The notes under the pieces: model-generated
Seen by the model: only the letters and a program-made list of their open reading frames with translations
Told to the model about the DNA's origin: nothing
The model's database searches: none
NCBI GenBank assembly: GCA_031458695.1
Contig: JAVKJW010000001.1
Coordinates: forward strand, 160,001-224,000
DNA: 64,000 bases
From: Candidatus Thermofontivivens primus
Lineage (GTDB): Bacteria > Sysuimicrobiota > Sysuimicrobiia > Sysuimicrobiales > Thermofontiviventaceae
Reading direction: 5' to 3'
In this document: one piece after another, positions 59,845 to 64,000 of the stretch
Layout: every line of letters begins with the position of its first letter
How positions within the stretch are numbered: the first letter of the stretch is position 1
Made by a program: the position numbers and the translations under genes

Positions 59845-60807
59845 GTGTCCGAGCAGGTGCGCGAAAAACGGGTAATCCTCCCCGAGGAAGTTGAGGCGGT
59901 CGCTGTCCTTGGCCAAGGAGATGCGATCCTCCGGATGATCGAAGAAGCCCTTGGGACCGAGGTGGTCTCCCGCGGCCGGGAACTGATCCTCCGTGGCTCA
60001 GAGGCAAGTGTGGAGAAAGCAGAGAGGCTGCTCATGGACCTCTCCGCCCTCTCCCGGAAACGGCCCATCGAGCTCAGCGACGTCCAGTACGCGCTCCGCA
60101 TGCTTGCGGCCAAGCCTACCGAGACCCTCCCTACGGATGTCCTCCTGACAACCCCGAGCGGCAAGACCATTGGGCCGAGGACTTCGGGCCAGAAGAGGTA
60201 TGTCGAGGCGATGCTGCGCCACGATCTTGTGATCGCCATCGGCCCCGCAGGGACCGGGAAGACCTACCTGGCCGTCGCCATGGCGGTCCTTGCGCTTAAG
60301 GAGAGGAAGGTCCAGCGCCTGATCCTGACACGTCCGGCGGTAGAAGCAGGAGAGAAACTGGGATTCCTCCCTGGAGACCTGTATGCAAAGGTGGATCCCT
60401 ACCTCAGGCCCCTCTACGATGCCCTCTATGAGATGATGGGGCCTGAGCGTTTCCAGCGTCTTGCGGAGAAGGGGATCATCGAAGTCGCGCCCCTGGCTTA
60501 TATGCGCGGTCGCACGCTGAACGACTCCTTCATTATCCTGGACGAAGCCCAGAACACGACCCACGAGCAGATGAAGATGTTTCTCACCCGGCTCGGGTTT
60601 GGATCCAAAGCAGTGATCACTGGGGATATCACCCAGATCGACCTTCCCAAGGACAAAGCCTCGGGGCTCGTGGAGGTCCAGGAGATCCTCCGGGGGGTGG
60701 AAGGGATCGCCTTTGTCTACCTGACGGAGACGGATGTCGTCCGGCATGACCTCGTGCAGAAGATCGTGCGGGCCTATGAGGCGTATGAGGAAAGCAGACG
60801 GTCCTAA
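59845..60807 (+). CDS. phoH: PhoH-family ATPase
   Basis: GPAGTGKTYLA, RPAVEAGE.LGFLPG, DEAQN. Confidence 0.93.
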   Translation: MSEQVREKRVILPEEVEAVAVLGQGDAILRMIEEALGTEVVSRGRELILRGSEASVEKAERLLMDLSALSRKRPIELSDVQYALRMLAAKPTETLPTDVLLTTPSGKTIGPRTSGQKRYVEAMLRHDLVIAIGPAGTGKTYLAVAMAVLALKERKVQRLILTRPAVEAGEKLGFLPGDLYAKVDPYLRPLYDALYEMMGPERFQRLAEKGIIEVAPLAYMRGRTLNDSFIILDEAQNTTHEQMKMFLTRLGFGSKAVITGDITQIDLPKDKASGLVEVQEILRGVEGIAFVYLTETDVVRHDLVQKIVRAYEAYEESRRS

Positions 60808-62923
60808 AGCTGCTCGCCTGTTTGCCCCTGGTGGCAGCCGATCTCTCCTCTCCTGGGTGCGCAGCTCTTCTGTCCAGAAGGTGGTGATCGGGGGATTGAC
60901 CATCCTAGCGCTCTCGGCGATCCTCTCCGTCCCAAGCCTTTCCTCGCGCCTCGACCTGCGCGAAGGGAGGGTGAGCCCTCGCGACCTCGAATCTCCCCGC
61001 ACTGTGGAGTTCGTTGACTGGGGCCGCACGATGGCGAAGCGCCAAGAAGCGGCTAGCAAGGTCCAGCCGGTGTACCTTCCCTCCCCGGGAGAGACGCAGG
61101 AAGCGAAGCAGGCCGTGGTGCAAGCATTCGCGGCCCTTCGCAGGATGAAGGAGGAAGTACCCGCCCCTCTCAACCGAGAGGAGTTAGAGCGATGGCGCGC
61201 CACCCTCAGCCCCTTCTTGCCTGAGGCATTGGTGGAGCACGCCTACCTCCTCTCCCCTGAAGAGCTGAGGAGTGCAGAGCTTCTGGCTTCCACGGCTGTC
61301 CAACAGGTCATGGGAGGAGGGGTGCGGGAGGGAGACCTGGAGGAGGCACGGAGGAAGGTGCAAGCGATCGTCGCTGCAAGTGGCCAACCGGACCGGATCC
61401 TCACTCTGGCAACGGCGGTCGCACAGCAAGCGTTGCGCCCAAACCTCCTCCTCGATGAAGAGGAGACGCGGCGCCAGCAACGCCGGGCAATGGAAGCCGT
61501 ACCGCCTGTGGTGGTCCGGGTACTCCGCGGGGAGGTGATCGTCCGCCGGGGCGAGGTGGTGACGCGCGACCACCTCCTCAAGCTTTCCGCTGTCGGATTG
61601 ACACAACCCTCCGGTGATCTTCTCTCCGTTGCAGGGAACATTCTTCTCTCGACCCTCCTCGTTGCCTTCGCTGCCTTCTCCTTTGCCCGCTCCCACGAAG
61701 AGGTATGGCGCCAAAGTAAGCTGTTGCTGCTCGTGAGTCTTCTCACCATCGTTACCGTTCTCGCCGCTCGCCTGGTCATGGTGAGGTTCCACCCCTATTT
61801 CATGCCCACTGCGGCAGCCACAATGCTCCTGGCGATTCTGTTCAACCCAGGCCTGGCCGTGGTGGTGGCCATTGTCTTGGCGTTTGCTCTAGGAGTCGTG
61901 GCAGGCTGGGATCTCCAGCTGGGGTTCGTCACCGTGGTGGGGGCTGTTGCGGGAGCATACGCGATCCGTCACTTGCACCGCCGTATCGACCTTGCCTACG
62001 CCGGGCTGAAAGTAGGGGTTGCGAATATGCTAGCTATAGCGGCCGTGGAGCTGATTGGCCATGATCCTTTCTATCCCGATATCGTGATCAAAACCACCTT
62101 TGGAATGGCCAATGGGCTAGTTTCTGGGCTCGTGGCTATTGGGCTCCTTCCTTATCTGGAGAGCCTGTTCGGGCTGCTCACCCCGATCAAGCTGCTGGAG
62201 CTGGCCAACCCAGGTCATCCACTGCTGCGGCGTCTCCAGCTGGAGGCTCCAGGGACTTACCACCACAGCATTATGGTGGGAAACTTGGCCGAGGCTGCCG
62301 CAGAGGCCATTGGCGCAAACGCGCTCCTGGTCCGGGTGGGAACGTATTACCACGATATCGGCAAGCTGCGCCGTCCCGCGTTTTTCATCGAGAACCAGAT
62401 TGGGATCGAGAACCCGCACGACCGGATGAACCCGAGCCTCTCCGCCCTGACCATCAGCGCCCACGTCCGTGACGGGCTCCAGTATGCCAGGGAACATCGC
62501 CTCCCAGAGAGGATCGCCGCGTTCATCACCGAGCACCACGGGACGAGCCGCATCTCGTATTTCTACCACCTGGCCATGGAGCGGGAGGAGGGAGCGGTGG
62601 AGGAAGGGATCTTTCGCTATGAGGGGCCAAAGCCCCAGAGTAAAGAGACGGCGGTGGTCATGCTCGCCGATGCTGTAGAGGCATCTGTTCGTTCCCTCTC
62701 CAGGCCCACCCCAGACAGGATTGAGCAGGTGATCCGACGCATCGTGAAAGAGAAGCTAGAGGACGGACAGCTTGACGAGTGTGACCTCACCCTGAAGGAG
62801 CTGGAGCACATTGTGCAGGCGTTCCTTCGGGTTCTTACAGGGATCTACCACCCCAGGATCGAGTACCCGGAGGAGCGGGAGGTCCGGGGGCAACAGGAGA
62901 AACGAATATCCAAAATCATGTAG
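60776..62923 (+). CDS. 7TM-HDIG phosphohydrolase (PgpH/YqfF-like c-di-AMP phosphodiesterase)
   Basis: Extracellular domain, 7TM region, APGTYHHS, YYHDIGK, EHHGT; phoH-ybeY context. Confidence 0.88.
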   Translation: MRRMRKADGPKAARLFAPGGSRSLLSWVRSSSVQKVVIGGLTILALSAILSVPSLSSRLDLREGRVSPRDLESPRTVEFVDWGRTMAKRQEAASKVQPVYLPSPGETQEAKQAVVQAFAALRRMKEEVPAPLNREELERWRATLSPFLPEALVEHAYLLSPEELRSAELLASTAVQQVMGGGVREGDLEEARRKVQAIVAASGQPDRILTLATAVAQQALRPNLLLDEEETRRQQRRAMEAVPPVVVRVLRGEVIVRRGEVVTRDHLLKLSAVGLTQPSGDLLSVAGNILLSTLLVAFAAFSFARSHEEVWRQSKLLLLVSLLTIVTVLAARLVMVRFHPYFMPTAAATMLLAILFNPGLAVVVAIVLAFALGVVAGWDLQLGFVTVVGAVAGAYAIRHLHRRIDLAYAGLKVGVANMLAIAAVELIGHDPFYPDIVIKTTFGMANGLVSGLVAIGLLPYLESLFGLLTPIKLLELANPGHPLLRRLQLEAPGTYHHSIMVGNLAEAAAEAIGANALLVRVGTYYHDIGKLRRPAFFIENQIGIENPHDRMNPSLSALTISAHVRDGLQYAREHRLPERIAAFITEHHGTSRISYFYHLAMEREEGAVEEGIFRYEGPKPQSKETAVVMLADAVEASVRSLSRPTPDRIEQVIRRIVKEKLEDGQLDECDLTLKELEHIVQAFLRVLTGIYHPRIEYPEEREVRGQQEKRISKIM

Positions 62924-62945
62924 ATTCCGAATCTGAGGGATACCC

Positions 62946-63422
62946 ATGGAGGTGTGGGTGACCAACCTTCAGAACAAGGTGCCTGTGAGCACCGAGTTCA
63001 TCCGACGCGTGGTGGTCCGGGCGCTGAAGGAGCTCGGGTGCGAGGGAGAGGTAGAGGTAAGCGTGGCGCTTGTGGATGACGCGTATATCCAGGAACTGAA
63101 CCGTGAGTACCGGGGCGTCCACCAGCCAACCGATGTGCTCGGGTTCCCCCTGGAGGAGGAAGTGGATACCCCCATCCGCATGCTCGGGGATATTGTGATC
63201 TCCGTGGAGAGGGCTCGAGAACAGGCCCGCCAGTATAACCACTCCCTGCGGCGCGAGCTCGCCCTCCTGGCGATCCACGGCCTTCTCCACCTCCTTGGGT
63301 ACGAAGATGAGACCGATGAGGGGGCAGCGGTCATGTGGAGGCGGCAGAGGGCCTTGCTGGAAATCCTGGAGCGGGAGGGAATCCTGGAGCGGACCAGCCC
63401 GCCCAGGAGAGCAGCCCGATGA
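62946..63422 (+). CDS. ybeY: rRNA maturation endoribonuclease YbeY
   Basis: LNREYR...PTDVL.F, LGDIVIS, HGLLHLLGY. Confidence 0.9.
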   Translation: MEVWVTNLQNKVPVSTEFIRRVVVRALKELGCEGEVEVSVALVDDAYIQELNREYRGVHQPTDVLGFPLEEEVDTPIRMLGDIVISVERAREQARQYNHSLRRELALLAIHGLLHLLGYEDETDEGAAVMWRRQRALLEILEREGILERTSPPRRAAR

Positions 63423-63811
63423 ATAGGAGGGGAGGTTTGAGCGAGCACTTTCGCTTTGCCCTGGAAGGGCTGGCGCATGCGTTCCGAACACAACGAACTT
63501 TCCGCATCCAAGTTGGTATCGCAGCGGCTGTCCTCGTGCTCATCCTCCTCCTTCGCATCTCCTCTCTTCAAGCTGCTCTGCTCCTCTTGGCTATCTTCAC
63601 GGTCCTGGCCGGAGAGGTATTGAATACCGCCATCGAGGCGCTTGTGGACCTCTCCAGCCCCGAGCCCCACCCGAAGGCAAAGATTGCCAAAGACCTCGCG
63701 GCATCCGGAGTTCTCCTGCTGGCCATTGGCGCAGCCCTCGTGGGGATCCTCATCCTTGGCCCTCCCCTGTTGCGCTGGGTCAGAACGTTTTTCTCCCCTT
63801 CCGTCCCGTGA
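63419..63811 (+). CDS. dgkA: Diacylglycerol/undecaprenol kinase
   Basis: E.LNTAIEALVDL, AK.AKDLAA; ATGA overlap with ybeY. Confidence 0.88.
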   Translation: MNRRGGLSEHFRFALEGLAHAFRTQRTFRIQVGIAAAVLVLILLLRISSLQAALLLLAIFTVLAGEVLNTAIEALVDLSSPEPHPKAKIAKDLAASGVLLLAIGAALVGILILGPPLLRWVRTFFSPSVP

Positions 63812-63896
63812 TCTCCACATCCCTGGTTTGCAAGTTGGCAGGTTTCCAGAAAGCCTGCAATCTGAAAACCTGTAACCTGAAAACATGGAACAAGTT

Positions 63897-64000
63897 TTAT
63901 TCCTGGAGGCGGGGGTCGATGATGTCACGGAGCCCGTCCCCGAGCATGTTGAAGGCGAGGATAGTGATCATAATGGCCAGCCCGGGGAAGAGGGAGAGCC
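63897..64000 (-). CDS. C-terminus of an OppC/DppC-type ABC permease (partial)
   Basis: Minus strand reads [34 protein letters not shown]. Confidence 0.85.
   Translation of the reverse strand, partial: LSLFPGLAIMITILAFNMLGDGLRDIIDPRLQE

Noticed and set aside
1..64000. CRISPR array, cas genes, rRNA or prophage
   Set aside because: No regularly spaced direct repeats with unique spacers, and no recognisable cas, rRNA or phage structural genes.

Overview
High-GC bacterial chromosomal segment. It combines a Bacillota-like gene order (topA-xerC-hslVU-codY-rpsB-tsf-pyrH-frr-uppS-cdsA-dxr-rseP-ispG; phoH-HDIG-ybeY-dgkA) with a TolC-type outer-membrane efflux system (diderm) and several archaeal-type genes (METTL5-like methylase, DRG-like GTPase, archaeal-type SAM synthetase); the taxon cannot be fixed from sequence alone. 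Other content: sugar and thiamine salvage genes, an MCP, DtxR/ZIP and NiaR/NiaX regulator-transporter pairs with visible operators, tRNA-Asp, ftsH, a TAXI-TRAP transporter, an ArgR-boxed argCJBDGH-argR operon and two patches of IS debris. Most notable: (1) a sigmaH-like promoter, c-di-GMP-I riboswitch, repeat-containing secreted 98-aa protein and translationally coupled membrane HD-GYP phosphodiesterase, a candidate peptide-signal/receptor circuit; (2) a stand-alone 14-codon Lys/Gly gene (MATKKKGGKKGGKK) with its own promoter, RBS and terminator; (3) four identically spaced AGGA-N14-G(T/G)CGAAT promoter motifs; (4) a 3.1-kb element bounded by 61-bp inverted repeats carrying an intact vapBC pair; (5) two dispersed REP-like palindrome families. 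All calls come from reading the sequence and ORF track by eye; no database searches were run.
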